DNA of 64,000 bases from an uncultured Acidobacteriota bacterium (GTDB lineage Bacteria > Actinomycetota > Acidimicrobiia > Spongiisociales > ZC4RG35): positions 976,603-1,040,602 of the forward strand of contig CAVRHE010000007.1 in assembly GCA_963720925.1 (NCBI GenBank), given 5' to 3'. The translations under genes were made by a program, and so were the position numbers. How positions within the stretch are numbered: position 1 is the first letter of the stretch; each line of letters starts with the position of its first letter. The notes below the pieces were generated by a model that was given only the letters and a program-made list of their open reading frames with translations, was not told the DNA's origin and did no database searches. Positions 8,746 through 18,391 of this stretch are shown here, one piece after another.

Positions 8746-11039
8746 CCGGCGCCGCCGCCTTCGTGTTGATGATGGTGCGCCTCACGAGCCTGCTCAACAC
8801 GGGGCCCGAGGCGACTGACTGGCAGCTGATCATGGTCGCCTCTGCCTTCCTCGGCGGCGTGATCTGGTGGCTCCTCGGTCAGACAGTCAACAACAAGCGA
8901 GTCATCATGGCCCTGTTCTCGGTGGCCGGGCTCGCCCTGTTCCTCCGGATCGCAGTCCCGAACACCCTCTTCTTGGGCTTCCTCCCCACCCCGAGCACCC
9001 TGGGGGCGCTCGGTGATGAGTTGGCCCAGACCCTGGACCTGATCCGGTTCGGTGTGGCGCCAGCGTTCCCCACTTCCGGTGTCGTCGCTGTCTTGGCCCT
9101 GCTGATGTGGATCACCGGCGCTCTCTACGTCTGGGGGGCCACTGCCGGGCCTTCGATTGCGATGATCGCCCCTTCACTGGGCCTGTACCTCCAGTTCGCG
9201 GTTATGGACCGGATTCCCGGCGGGCCGGTGTGGATGGGAGCAGTTGCCGTTGTGATCGCCCTGGCCCTGGCCTCGATCGGCATCGAGCGCCGCCAGGACG
9301 CCGGGCGCGTCCGTGACGTCGATGGCCGGCCGTTGGCCAGACGGGCGGGCGGTATGGCTCTGATCCTGGCCGCGGTCGTCGCCGGGGGGTCGCTGCTCGT
9401 CGCCGACACTGCATCGTCACTGGTCCCTCCGACCGGGAACATTCGCTGGCGCTACGGCGGCGGTTATGGGCCTGGTTTCGGCGGGGTGACTTTTGATCGC
9501 CTCGCCGATCTGCACCAGAGCATCATCCGGCGCACCAATGCCGTGGTCTTCCGGGCCACCCTCGATCCAAACGCGCCCCCCGCCAACGAGATCTACTGGC
9601 GGATGGAGAGTCTCGATTTCTTCGACGGAACTGCCTGGCGCGCCTCTCACGACAGGGCAGACTTCTATCAGCCGGGGAGCGGCGGCGGCGACCCGCAGCA
9701 CGCCTATCGGGGAACGAGCCAGGAGATCACTCAGAGGGTGCAGATCGTGGATCTCAGGTCCCAGGTCCTGCCCACGGTCGGCGTCGGTCAGTTCTTCCGC
9801 TCGGAGTCGGTGGATGTCAACGGGTTCCAGATCACGCCGGACGGTTCGGTCATCTACCAGGCCGAGTTGGACGAGGGCGACGAATACGACGTTATGTCGA
9901 TCCTTCCCCTCCAGAAAGAGGATCTCGGCGCTCTGGCGACACTTTCCGATGGCACTCTCAGCCCGTTGTTCGCCAATGCCGCCGAAGCCGAAGCGACCTC
10001 GATCCAGCCCGGCGAGCCTCCCGGTGACGTGATCCGGCCTGCGGACATCGCGAGGTTCATCGATTTCAACGAAGAGGTTCCGAGGGCGCTGGGCCAGTTG
10101 GCGAGACGTCAGACGCTGGGGGCCTCGACCCCGTTCGAAGCCGCCTGGTTGCTCGAACGCTGGTTCCGGGAAAGTGGTGAGTTCACCTATTCCACCGAGG
10201 TCTCGACTGGCCACGCCACTCTCGACCTCGAGGCCTGGCTCACCGACCCCGACAGCCTCAACGCCAAGACGGGATATTGCGAGCAGTTCGCCGCCGCCAT
10301 GGCCTACCTCGGTCGTGTGATCGGCATTCCGAGCCGGGTGGTATGGGGCTTTACCCCGGGGACCGTCGAACAGCAGGACGACGGCAGCGAGGTGATCGTT
10401 GTCCGGGACCACAACGCTCACGCCTGGGTCGAGATGTGGATGGATGGGTTCGGTTGGGTGCGCTTCGACCCCACTCCCCGAGCCGACGGAACGCTGCCCG
10501 AGAGCGTCACCGCCGAGTTCGACCCGGCGCCCTACCTGCCCGAGTCTGGGGAGGGCCCGACATCGCTCGACCAGCCCGGGTTCTTCGACGAGAGCCAGTT
10601 CGAAGAGGGCGGAGGAGCGATCGGCCCCATTTCCGACGCGAACACCGGCTTCCGGCTCACCTGGATCTGGCTGGCACTGCCCGTCCTGGCCGTGCTCCTC
10701 GCCTTGGTCCCGCTGCTCAAGGCATTCCGCCGGAACAGGCGGATCAAGCGTCTCCACCAGGGTGATATAACCGCGGCTTGGGACGAGATCGTCGATCGTC
10801 TCGCCGATCTCGGTCAACCGGTCCCGGCCCATCAGACCCCGCTCGAGTTCGCCCGGGCCACGGACCAATCCCTCGTCCCCCTGGCCTCGTCATACTCGGC
10901 GACGGTTTACGGGAATCGCCCGGGTCTTGGGCACGTCTCGGACCTGACCCATGTCGAGACGTGGATCAAACGCAGTTTCGAGGGTCGGGATCGGGCCCTG
11001 GCCTTGCTAAACCCGAAGTCGCTGATCGACCGGGATTGA
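8721..11039 (+). CDS. Transglutaminase-like multi-pass membrane protein (TgpA-like)
   Basis: 772 aa with N-terminal multi-TM region. Cysteine-protease-type core GYCEQFAAAMAYL ... HAWVEMW ... RFDPTP. Confidence 0.85.
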   Translation: MDNGLGRLAGAAAFVLMMVRLTSLLNTGPEATDWQLIMVASAFLGGVIWWLLGQTVNNKRVIMALFSVAGLALFLRIAVPNTLFLGFLPTPSTLGALGDELAQTLDLIRFGVAPAFPTSGVVAVLALLMWITGALYVWGATAGPSIAMIAPSLGLYLQFAVMDRIPGGPVWMGAVAVVIALALASIGIERRQDAGRVRDVDGRPLARRAGGMALILAAVVAGGSLLVADTASSLVPPTGNIRWRYGGGYGPGFGGVTFDRLADLHQSIIRRTNAVVFRATLDPNAPPANEIYWRMESLDFFDGTAWRASHDRADFYQPGSGGGDPQHAYRGTSQEITQRVQIVDLRSQVLPTVGVGQFFRSESVDVNGFQITPDGSVIYQAELDEGDEYDVMSILPLQKEDLGALATLSDGTLSPLFANAAEAEATSIQPGEPPGDVIRPADIARFIDFNEEVPRALGQLARRQTLGASTPFEAAWLLERWFRESGEFTYSTEVSTGHATLDLEAWLTDPDSLNAKTGYCEQFAAAMAYLGRVIGIPSRVVWGFTPGTVEQQDDGSEVIVVRDHNAHAWVEMWMDGFGWVRFDPTPRADGTLPESVTAEFDPAPYLPESGEGPTSLDQPGFFDESQFEEGGGAIGPISDANTGFRLTWIWLALPVLAVLLALVPLLKAFRRNRRIKRLHQGDITAAWDEIVDRLADLGQPVPAHQTPLEFARATDQSLVPLASSYSATVYGNRPGLGHVSDLTHVETWIKRSFEGRDRALALLNPKSLIDRD

Positions 11040-11040
11040 C

Positions 11041-11538
11041 TCAACCCTCGGCGGCGCGCTCTTCGCTGATGTCGTCCTCGACCCGGCGAAGCATGTCCAG
11101 GAACCGGCTGCGATCGAGCTCGAACCTGGAGACATCCTCCTCGACCTCGCGGGTGATCTCGTCTATCGCGACGAAGAAGGCCAGCTGTCCCGTGCGCAGT
11201 GCGTCCATCAGCTCCCCTTCGTCGGAGCCGACGTGAAAGATGGTGTGCCCGTCGGTGACGAGCTTGACCTCGGCGAGATGGTCGTCCATCTCCCCCTCGC
11301 GGCGAAGATAATCCCACGCACGTCGGACCCGCTGCAGCGACATGCCGTTGTCGAGCAGGCTGCGAACGACTCTCAATGCGACGAGATCACGGAACGAGTA
11401 GAGACGACGCACTCCGGGTCGGCCACCCGTTGTCTGCACCGATGGTTTGACCAGTCCTACACGATCCCAATATCGAAGTTGATGATGAGTGCAGTTCGTC
11501 AGCCGGCATGCCTGCTCGGCTGTGAATGACTGGTCCAC
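11041..11538 (-). CDS. MerR-family transcriptional regulator
   Basis: 165 aa with an N-terminal HTH (TAEQACRLTNCTHHQLRYWDRVGLVKPS...RLYSFRDLV). GTG start. Confidence 0.75.
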   Translation of the reverse strand: MDQSFTAEQACRLTNCTHHQLRYWDRVGLVKPSVQTTGGRPGVRRLYSFRDLVALRVVRSLLDNGMSLQRVRRAWDYLRREGEMDDHLAEVKLVTDGHTIFHVGSDEGELMDALRTGQLAFFVAIDEITREVEEDVSRFELDRSRFLDMLRRVEDDISEERAAEG

Positions 11539-11654
11539 GCGTCCCTTCCTATACCAACTGCCCCAGGCCCAGAGTCATGAGCCGACGCTCTCCTCCTCAG
11601 GTGGTGGAACCTCCCGAGCCCACCGCCAGGGGCCGGTACATTAGCGGCTCGGAA

Positions 11655-11990
11655 TCAGTCGCGGCGAAAGGGATCCTGCCAGCCGGGACCGTGCTCTTCA
11701 CCCTGTGGCTCGCTCTCCGTGGCGCGCCAGGCTCGGGATCGAAGCCCGGTCACCAGGGCGGCCGCCGAGCCCACGAGGAGCCCGAAGCCGAGGAATGCGA
11801 CCACGGTGTTCGACGCGAAGAAGCCGATCACGATGGCGAGACCGGCGACTACTCCCAGCATGGCGAGCCGCACACCGATACGCGAAGGCTTGGCGATCTC
11901 CCTCACGGCGCGAGCCAGCTCAGGATCTTCTTCGTAGAACTGACGCTCTATCTCCGCCAGGATCTTCTGTTCGTGATCATCGAGGGCCAT
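11655..11990 (-). CDS. DUF3040 membrane protein
   Basis: 111 aa. N-terminus MALDDHEQKILAEIERQFYEEDPELA followed by two TM helices, typical of actinobacterial DUF3040. Confidence 0.8.
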   Translation of the reverse strand: MALDDHEQKILAEIERQFYEEDPELARAVREIAKPSRIGVRLAMLGVVAGLAIVIGFFASNTVVAFLGFGLLVGSAAALVTGLRSRAWRATESEPQGEEHGPGWQDPFRRD

Positions 11991-12061
11991 GTCAACCTCT
12001 CAACATCCGATAACAGCCCTATGACACAATACACCCGGGCCGGAGACAGTTCATCGGTGAT

Positions 12062-13234
12062 TCAAAGATCGGGGTCAAGTCTTCGAAGGAGACGGGCCGG
12101 CTCCACGGAATGTTCCCCGAATCGATCCCGCACTCCGGCCACGGCCTCATCGATACGGGACCAATTGTCTTCGGCACCGATGGGCATCTGCCTCGGCTCA
12201 CCGGCCGGTTCCAGACTCGACCCACCCAGCCCGAGGAGACGCACCGGGCGATCGACCTCGAGATGACCGAGCAGATCCAGAGCGGTCACATAGAGATCGC
12301 GCGAGCCGTCCATGACTGTCCCGGATGTGACACTTCGAGTCACGGTGGTGAAGTCCGCAAATCTGAGTTTCAAGGTCACGGTGCGCGCGGCGAGACCGGA
12401 TCGATGAAGACGGTCAGCCAGTCTCTGGGCATGGGCCAGGAGAGCCGTCTCCATGACCTCGGCACCCTCGAGGTCGCGGTTGTACGTCTCCTCGACCGAT
12501 ATCGATTTCGCCTCCACGTCGGGCACCACGGGCCGATGGTCGATGCCACGGGCGAGGTCGAGCAGGTGGCGGCCCTGGGTCGGGCCCAGCGACCCCAAGA
12601 CCGCGGCCTCGGGGAGCTCGGAGAGGTCTCCTATCGTCACCACCCCGAGACGTTGAAGCCCGGCCAACGTGGCTGGTCCGACGCCCCATAGCGCCTCGAC
12701 GGGGAGAGCATGCAGGAACTCCATCTCGGCGTCTTGGGGTATGTGGCGGTAGCCGTCTGGCTTGGCCGCTTCCGACGCCAGCTTGGCCATGAACTTGGAG
12801 GAAGCAATACCAACCGATGCGGGGAGGCCGAGACGGCTCTTGATCTCCGCCCGCACCGCGATGGCCACGTCTGTCGACGTGGGGAAATGGCGACGGAGGC
12901 CGGAGACGTCCAGGAAGGCCTCGTCGAGGCTCAGACCTTCCACATATGGAGTGAAGCCGCGGAATATTTCGAAGACTCCGGCCGAAAGCTCTCCATAACG
13001 CCCATGGGAGGGGGGCACGACGATCAGATCCCGGCACAAACCCAGGGCGGTCGCCGTCGGTTGGGCGGATCGGACCCCATAGGCGCGCGCCTCGTAGGAG
13101 GCACTGGCTATCACCCCTCGATTCCCGGTGCCGCCAACCGCGACCGGTTTTCCGACCAATAGCGGGTCCCGCAGTCTCTCCGCCTCCACGAAGAAGGCGT
13201 CCAGGTCGACATGGAGAATCGGCTCGGACCACAT
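12062..13234 (-). CDS. dinB: DNA polymerase IV
   Basis: 390 aa with HVDLDAFFVEAE, KPVAVGG and SLDEAFLDV (Y-family polymerase motifs). Confidence 0.9.
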   Translation of the reverse strand: MWSEPILHVDLDAFFVEAERLRDPLLVGKPVAVGGTGNRGVIASASYEARAYGVRSAQPTATALGLCRDLIVVPPSHGRYGELSAGVFEIFRGFTPYVEGLSLDEAFLDVSGLRRHFPTSTDVAIAVRAEIKSRLGLPASVGIASSKFMAKLASEAAKPDGYRHIPQDAEMEFLHALPVEALWGVGPATLAGLQRLGVVTIGDLSELPEAAVLGSLGPTQGRHLLDLARGIDHRPVVPDVEAKSISVEETYNRDLEGAEVMETALLAHAQRLADRLHRSGLAARTVTLKLRFADFTTVTRSVTSGTVMDGSRDLYVTALDLLGHLEVDRPVRLLGLGGSSLEPAGEPRQMPIGAEDNWSRIDEAVAGVRDRFGEHSVEPARLLRRLDPDL

Positions 13235-13285
13235 CCGGGTCTGAAGTTACCTCGGGTGCGCTCGGCGACCGACAACAATGTCCAG

Positions 13286-13960
13286 ATGGCTGCACTGGTA
13301 CATCTGGTTCGCCACGCCGAAGTGGACAACCCGGGGCATCTGGTCTACGCCGATCTCCCCGGTTTTGGGCTCTCTCCACACGGCGTGGAACAGGCGAGGC
13401 GAGCAGGCCGCTATCTGGGCCCGCGGCCGGTCGTGGCCATCTGGTCCTCCCCTCTCGAGCGCTCTCTGCGCACTGCGGAGGAGATCGCCGCCCGAACCGG
13501 AGTTCCGGTAAAGGTCGACCCGGATCTCACCGAATGGGCGGTGATGGGGCGTTGGAAAGGTCATGCCTGGCGGGACCTCTCCGCGGCCTTCCCGGGAGAC
13601 CTGGAGGCGTACCTGGAGCACCCGGAAAGCCTTCCATTTGCCGCCGAGACCCTCGAGGCATTGGCCGAGCGAATGGCGGCGGTGGCGAGGAAGCTCGACT
13701 CGGAGCACCCCCATGGCGATGTAGTCATCGTGTCGCACCAGGACCCCATCCAGGCCGGGATCCTCAAGCTGATCGGGTCGCCTCTCGGTGGGCTCCATCA
13801 GGACAAGCCGGGTCATGGCACGGTGGTGACTCTTCGCCCGGGTCCGGCGTGGCGGGTGGAAACAGTCTGGGAGCCAGGCGACTCCCCACGCTTCGGTGAG
13901 AAACGAGGTCTTCGGGTCCTGGAGCACGCCGGGAGCCCGGACGGCCCGACTTCTGCCTGA
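13286..13960 (+). CDS. Histidine phosphatase (phosphoglycerate-mutase-like) family protein
   Basis: LVRHAEV (RHG-type motif) sits near the N-terminus if started at ATG 13286. A second His is in VSHQDPIQ. Confidence 0.75.
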   Translation: MAALVHLVRHAEVDNPGHLVYADLPGFGLSPHGVEQARRAGRYLGPRPVVAIWSSPLERSLRTAEEIAARTGVPVKVDPDLTEWAVMGRWKGHAWRDLSAAFPGDLEAYLEHPESLPFAAETLEALAERMAAVARKLDSEHPHGDVVIVSHQDPIQAGILKLIGSPLGGLHQDKPGHGTVVTLRPGPAWRVETVWEPGDSPRFGEKRGLRVLEHAGSPDGPTSA

Positions 13961-13987
13961 CCACGTTCGCCTGCGAAACTTTGGCCC

Positions 13988-14734
13988 GTGACAGTCCCCC
14001 TGTTGGCATGCACACCCCTTGTCGCGGCGCTGCTCTGGGCGCTCGCGCTGGGAGTGGATCGCGGTCCCCTCGCCCCGGGCTCGGTCCTCCTGGTCGTCAC
14101 CGGTCTCCTCGGCCTGGCCACGGTGGGCATGGTTGGCGTGACGGTGACGGGGGCTCGCTGGGCCCACCGGACGTTGCTCGTGGCCGTTGCCGCAATGTTC
14201 TTGCTCGCCGTCGTGCGACCGATCGATGTGCTGTGGGGGCTGGCCCTCGCTTCGAACCTCATGGCTGCGATAGCGGTTCTCTCCCCGGCTCTCATGGCCG
14301 GGCTGCGGAAGCTTCCTGCCGCGACCGGCCCACCGGCGCGAGCGGTTCTGCTCCCCCTCATGCTGATCGGCCTCCCGTTCCCGCTCGGAATCTCGGCTTG
14401 GGACGACGCGTCTCCGGGAACACTCATCGTGGGGATGAGCGCGCCCTTGGCTGCGTTGTGGTTCGCCCGGGTCTTCCCCGGCGGCCTGCTAGCCGTGCGG
14501 ATCATCTGGCCCGCCTTGGCCATCGGGCTCTCCTTCACGCAATGGTGGGCTCCGGCCATCGTTTCGGTGACCTCGGGAACGGTCGTTGCCTTGCTGGCAT
14601 GGCATCCTTCGGTTGGGGTCGCATTTCACCCTCCCCGTGAGGTGGGGACCGTCTACCCGATCCCACCCGAGCTCACCCCCCGAGAGGTTCTCGACTCGGC
14701 AGAGCTCGACGAGCACGGGCGACCGAGCCAATGA
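13988..14734 (+). CDS. Hypothetical polytopic membrane protein
   Basis: 248 aa, mostly hydrophobic helices. 4-nt overlap with the next ORF. No family recognised. Confidence 0.5.
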   Translation: MTVPLLACTPLVAALLWALALGVDRGPLAPGSVLLVVTGLLGLATVGMVGVTVTGARWAHRTLLVAVAAMFLLAVVRPIDVLWGLALASNLMAAIAVLSPALMAGLRKLPAATGPPARAVLLPLMLIGLPFPLGISAWDDASPGTLIVGMSAPLAALWFARVFPGGLLAVRIIWPALAIGLSFTQWWAPAIVSVTSGTVVALLAWHPSVGVAFHPPREVGTVYPIPPELTPREVLDSAELDEHGRPSQ

Positions 14735-14982
14735 GGAGGAAGCCGAACCCCTGGATCGCGATCCCATCGCTCGCATTCGGCTTGGTGGCCGGCTTCCTGG
14801 GCTGGATCGTGACCGACGTGAGCTGTCGTCAGCCCGACGGAGCAGGGGGCTTCACCACGTGTTCTGGCTGGGCCGCCTTGGTGGCCATAGTTTCCTTCCT
14901 CGTGGTCACCGTCGGCGTCGCTCTGGTGCTGGTCCTTGTCTATCGCTCTCTGGCCGAATGGAGAGAGAAGCGACAGACCTGA
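14731..14982 (+). CDS. Hypothetical small membrane protein
   Basis: 83 aa with two hydrophobic helices. Coupled to the upstream ORF. Confidence 0.45.
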   Translation: MRRKPNPWIAIPSLAFGLVAGFLGWIVTDVSCRQPDGAGGFTTCSGWAALVAIVSFLVVTVGVALVLVLVYRSLAEWREKRQT

Positions 14983-15014
14983 TTGCCGGTCTGGCTGTCG
15001 CCCATCGAAGGCGG

Positions 15015-16265
15015 TCAGACCTTGCTGAAGATCAACGACACGTTGTGTCCGCCAAAGCCGAACGAGTTCGACATCGCATGTTGCAATGAGGCTTCCCGCT
15101 TCATATTGGGGACATAGTCGAGATCACATTCCGGGTCGGGCACCTCGTAGTTGATGGTCGGGGGCAGCACCTGGTCACGTAGGGCCATGATGCAGGCAAC
15201 CGCCTCGACTGCTCCGGCTCCGCCCAGGATGTGTCCGGTCATCGACTTCGTCGAGGATACGGGCACGGTGTCGGCGGCTGCACCCATCGCGATGCGAATG
15301 GCGGCGGTCTCCGTTGAGTCGTTTGCCTCCGTCGATGTGCCGTGAGCGTTGATATACCCGACGTCGTCTGGAATGAGACCCGCATCTTCGACGGCATTGA
15401 CCATCGCCCGGGCCGCGCCACTCCCTCCCGGGCGGGGCAGGGTGATGTGATAGGCATCGGCCGACATCCCGTAACCGGTCAGCTCCGCCAGCACCGGCGC
15501 CCCGCGTTCGAGCGCCAGGTCCATGTCCTCGAGCACCAGCGCGGCGCCTCCCTCACCCATCACGAACCCGTCCCGCTCGGCGTCGAAGGGCCGCGACGCC
15601 CGCTGCGGCTCGTCATTGCGACTCGACAGCGCCCTGGCCTGGGCGAAGGTAGCGATGCCGAATGTGGTTATCGCTGCCTCCGAGCCGCCCGCGATCACGA
15701 CATCCGCCGCCCCGCGGCGGATCAATTCGGCCCCGTCGCCGATGGCGTTGGCCGATGCCGAGCAGGCGGTCACCACGCAGGACACCGGTCCGAGCAGGTT
15801 GTGCTCGATCGAGGCCAGCCCCGCCGCCATGTTGGGGATGACTCGTGGCACCCCGGTTGGACTGACCCTGTCCGGGCCCCTCTCGGTAAGGGTGACGATC
15901 TCGTCGATGAACGAGCCCATGCCACCAAACCCGGCGCCGACAACGACGCCGGCCCGAGCCGCAGCAGGATCGTCCTCGTCGAACGACAACCCCGCCTGCT
16001 GCAGGGCCTGGCGAACCGCGACCAGGAAGAATTGGGCGAACCGGTCGAGTCTCCGGACTTCGCGACGATCGAAATGCTTCTCCGGCTCCCAGCCTCGGAC
16101 CTCGCCGGCGATCGTCGTGCGATACCCGTCGGTGTCGAAGAGACTGATCGGGCCGATCCCGGATTGGCCCGAAAGCATGCCATCCCAGGTGGAGCCGACA
16201 TCTTCTCCCAGCGGAGTGATCGCCCCGAGCCCGGTGACGGCCACCCGCCGTCGCTCGGGTGGCAT
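15015..16265 (-). CDS. fabF: 3-oxoacyl-ACP synthase II
   Basis: 416 aa with active-site VVTACSASANAIG, HGTSTEANDSTE and GHILGGAG. Confidence 0.92.
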   Translation of the reverse strand: MPPERRRVAVTGLGAITPLGEDVGSTWDGMLSGQSGIGPISLFDTDGYRTTIAGEVRGWEPEKHFDRREVRRLDRFAQFFLVAVRQALQQAGLSFDEDDPAAARAGVVVGAGFGGMGSFIDEIVTLTERGPDRVSPTGVPRVIPNMAAGLASIEHNLLGPVSCVVTACSASANAIGDGAELIRRGAADVVIAGGSEAAITTFGIATFAQARALSSRNDEPQRASRPFDAERDGFVMGEGGAALVLEDMDLALERGAPVLAELTGYGMSADAYHITLPRPGGSGAARAMVNAVEDAGLIPDDVGYINAHGTSTEANDSTETAAIRIAMGAAADTVPVSSTKSMTGHILGGAGAVEAVACIMALRDQVLPPTINYEVPDPECDLDYVPNMKREASLQHAMSNSFGFGGHNVSLIFSKV

Positions 16266-16270
16266 CTAGA

Positions 16271-16516
16271 TCAACCCCCGAGCTTTCCGTACACCACGTC
16301 GATGGCCTGGCCGACTGTCATGATCGACTCTGCCTCGTCATCCGGGATCTTCACCCCGAACTCGTCCTCTAGGGCCATCAAGAGCTCGACCACGCCGAGG
16401 CTGTCCACATCGAGGTCCTCCTCGAAGTGGGCCTCCTCGGAGATCTTCGACTCCTCCAACCCGAGCTCCGACACGAGCACCTCACTCAGTCGGCCGGCTA
16501 CTTCACTTCTTTCCAC
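16271..16516 (-). CDS. acpP: Acyl carrier protein
   Basis: 81 aa with the phosphopantetheine site DLDVDSLGVVEL. Confidence 0.92.
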   Translation of the reverse strand: MERSEVAGRLSEVLVSELGLEESKISEEAHFEEDLDVDSLGVVELLMALEDEFGVKIPDDEAESIMTVGQAIDVVYGKLGG

Positions 16517-16549
16517 TGTTCCTCCTTCCTGGAATTGTCTGGCGGAAAG

Positions 16550-17299
16550 CTACAAGGCGAGGCCGCCATCGACGGCCAACACCTGACCCGATATGTAAGA
16601 AGCGGCGTCGGATACGAGGAACTCGACGGCCCCAGCCACTTCGTCGGCCTCACCAAACCGTCGCAGGGCGGTGCGGCTCACGGCCTCTTCCTTGACCGCC
16701 TCGCTCAGGTCTTCGGTCAAGTCAGTCGCGATGAACCCCGGCGCAACCACGTTGACCGTGATCCCGCGCGATCCGACCTCTTTCGACACCGCCTTGGAGA
16801 ATCCGATCATCCCGGCCTTGGATGCGGCGTAATTGGACTGCCCCGCGTTGCCGGTGACCCCCGCCACAGACGCGATAGACACCACCCTCCCCCACCGGGC
16901 CCTGAGCATGGGCCGCAAGGCGAGGCGCGTGCAGAAATAGATGGATTTCAGGTTGGTGGCGATGACCCGGTCGAAGTCATCTGAGCTCATGCGGAGCAAT
17001 AGGTTGTCGGCGGTGATGCCGGCATTGTTGACCAGCACCGCAATCGGGCCCAGGTCGCCCTCGATCGAGGTAAACATCTCCTCGACTTGCGAGCCGTCGG
17101 AGACATCTGCTTGATAGGCAACGGCTTTCCCCCCGAATTGGCCGATCGACTCCACGACCTCGGCCGCGGCATCGGGCTTCCGGGCGTAATTCACCGCGAC
17201 CGGATGGCCCGCCGACGCGAGACGATGGGCGATCGCCCGGCCGATCCCTCTCGAACCGCCCGTGACGAGGGCGACCCTCCCCTCGGCCTGCTCACTCAC
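16550..17299 (-). CDS. fabG: 3-oxoacyl-ACP reductase
   Basis: SDR motifs LVTGGSRGIGRAIA and NYAASKAG. GTG 17299 overlaps the fabH stop (GTGA). The 578-aa track ORF is a read-through artefact upstream of this start. Confidence 0.88.
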   Translation of the reverse strand: MSEQAEGRVALVTGGSRGIGRAIAHRLASAGHPVAVNYARKPDAAAEVVESIGQFGGKAVAYQADVSDGSQVEEMFTSIEGDLGPIAVLVNNAGITADNLLLRMSSDDFDRVIATNLKSIYFCTRLALRPMLRARWGRVVSIASVAGVTGNAGQSNYAASKAGMIGFSKAVSKEVGSRGITVNVVAPGFIATDLTEDLSEAVKEEAVSRTALRRFGEADEVAGAVEFLVSDAASYISGQVLAVDGGLAL

Positions 17300-18381
17300 G
17301 TGAGCTTTTCGGGGAGGCCGAAGAAATCGAAGTTGGCCTGGAGCAACTCCATCGTGGTGCGGTCGGATGGTGGCAGGTCGACATCGGTCTCGCCTAGAGG
17401 CTCGACACGAGCCCCCCACCGGTACACCGCCGATCCCCAGCTGAGCCCGCCACCGAAAGCGGTGAACACGATGTTGTCGCCGGGTCGGACTCGTCCCTGT
17501 TCGAGAGCCTCGGTGAGAGCCACCGGGATCGTGGCTGCCGACGTGTTGCCGTACGATTCGATGTTGACGAAGACCTTGCTCTCGTCGATGCCGAGACGCC
17601 GAGCAGTCGCATCGATGATCCTGGTGTTTGCCTGATGCGGGACGACAAGGTCGACGTCCTCTAGTGAGAGACCGGCGTCTTTGATGGCACGTGCGGCGGA
17701 GTCGCCCATCGTCGTGACCGCACGCCGGAAGACCTCCGGACCTTCCATGCCAATGGCCGACTCCCTGGGATCGATCGGTCCCGGGTCGCCTGCTGATCCG
17801 TCCCTGGGCACCGCGAGGATGTGCCCCACAGATCCGTCCATCCCCAGTTCCGACGAGAGGAGGCCGATCGGCTCGTCCGTCGGCTCCAGCACGACCGCTC
17901 CTGCGCCGTCCCCGAACAGGACACAGGTGGTCCGGTCGGTGAAGTCGGTCACGAAATGCAGCTTCTCTGTTCCCACCAGCAGGACTGTGTTGTTGGTCCC
18001 ACCCCGGATCATGTTGGTCCCGACCACCAGCCCATAGACGAAACCCGAGCATGCCGCGTTGAGGTCGAGGGCCGCCGCATTCCAGGCGCCCATATGGCGC
18101 TGCACCGCCGAGGCCGTGGAGGGGATGATCGAGTCGCCGGAGCACGTGGCGACCAGGATCAAGTCGAGGTCGTTCACTGTCTTGCCGGCCGCGGCCAACG
18201 CCCGTAGACCCGCCACCGCGGCGAGCTCGGAAGCCTCGACATGGCTGATCCGTCGCTCCTTTATCCCTGTCCTGGTGGTGATCCATTCATCGGAGGTGTC
18301 GACGAGCTGCTCGAGATCGTGGTTGGTGAGCACGTTGGGGGGCATGCACTTGCCCCAGCCCGTTATCTCGGCGTTCCGCAT
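17296..18381 (-). CDS. fabH: 3-oxoacyl-ACP synthase III
   Basis: 361 aa with LNAACSGFVYGL (Cys), HQANTRI (His) and YGNTSAATIP (Asn). Confidence 0.92.
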   Translation of the reverse strand: MRNAEITGWGKCMPPNVLTNHDLEQLVDTSDEWITTRTGIKERRISHVEASELAAVAGLRALAAAGKTVNDLDLILVATCSGDSIIPSTASAVQRHMGAWNAAALDLNAACSGFVYGLVVGTNMIRGGTNNTVLLVGTEKLHFVTDFTDRTTCVLFGDGAGAVVLEPTDEPIGLLSSELGMDGSVGHILAVPRDGSAGDPGPIDPRESAIGMEGPEVFRRAVTTMGDSAARAIKDAGLSLEDVDLVVPHQANTRIIDATARRLGIDESKVFVNIESYGNTSAATIPVALTEALEQGRVRPGDNIVFTAFGGGLSWGSAVYRWGARVEPLGETDVDLPPSDRTTMELLQANFDFFGLPEKLT

Positions 18382-18391
18382 GGTGGTCTCC

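Noticed and set aside
9417-10868. 483-aa minus-strand ORF
   Set aside because: It is antisense to the transglutaminase-like gene, has no motifs and shows GC-artefact composition.
13235-13290. SOS (LexA) or RecA-NDp/PafBC promoter motif upstream of dinB, also checked upstream of SRAP (48185-48274)
   Set aside because: No GAAC-N4-GTTC palindrome is present. TTGTCGGTC upstream of dinB has the wrong spacing to the TAACTT -10 for the RecA-NDp motif as I recall it.
15342-16586. 414-aa plus-strand ORF (and 15523-16269)
   Set aside because: It is antisense to fabF and acpP, which are unambiguous.
16550-18286. 578-aa minus-strand ORF spanning fabG and fabH
   Set aside because: Only the last ~250 codons (fabG, from GTG 17299) are protein-like. 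The upstream part is an alternative frame of fabH.
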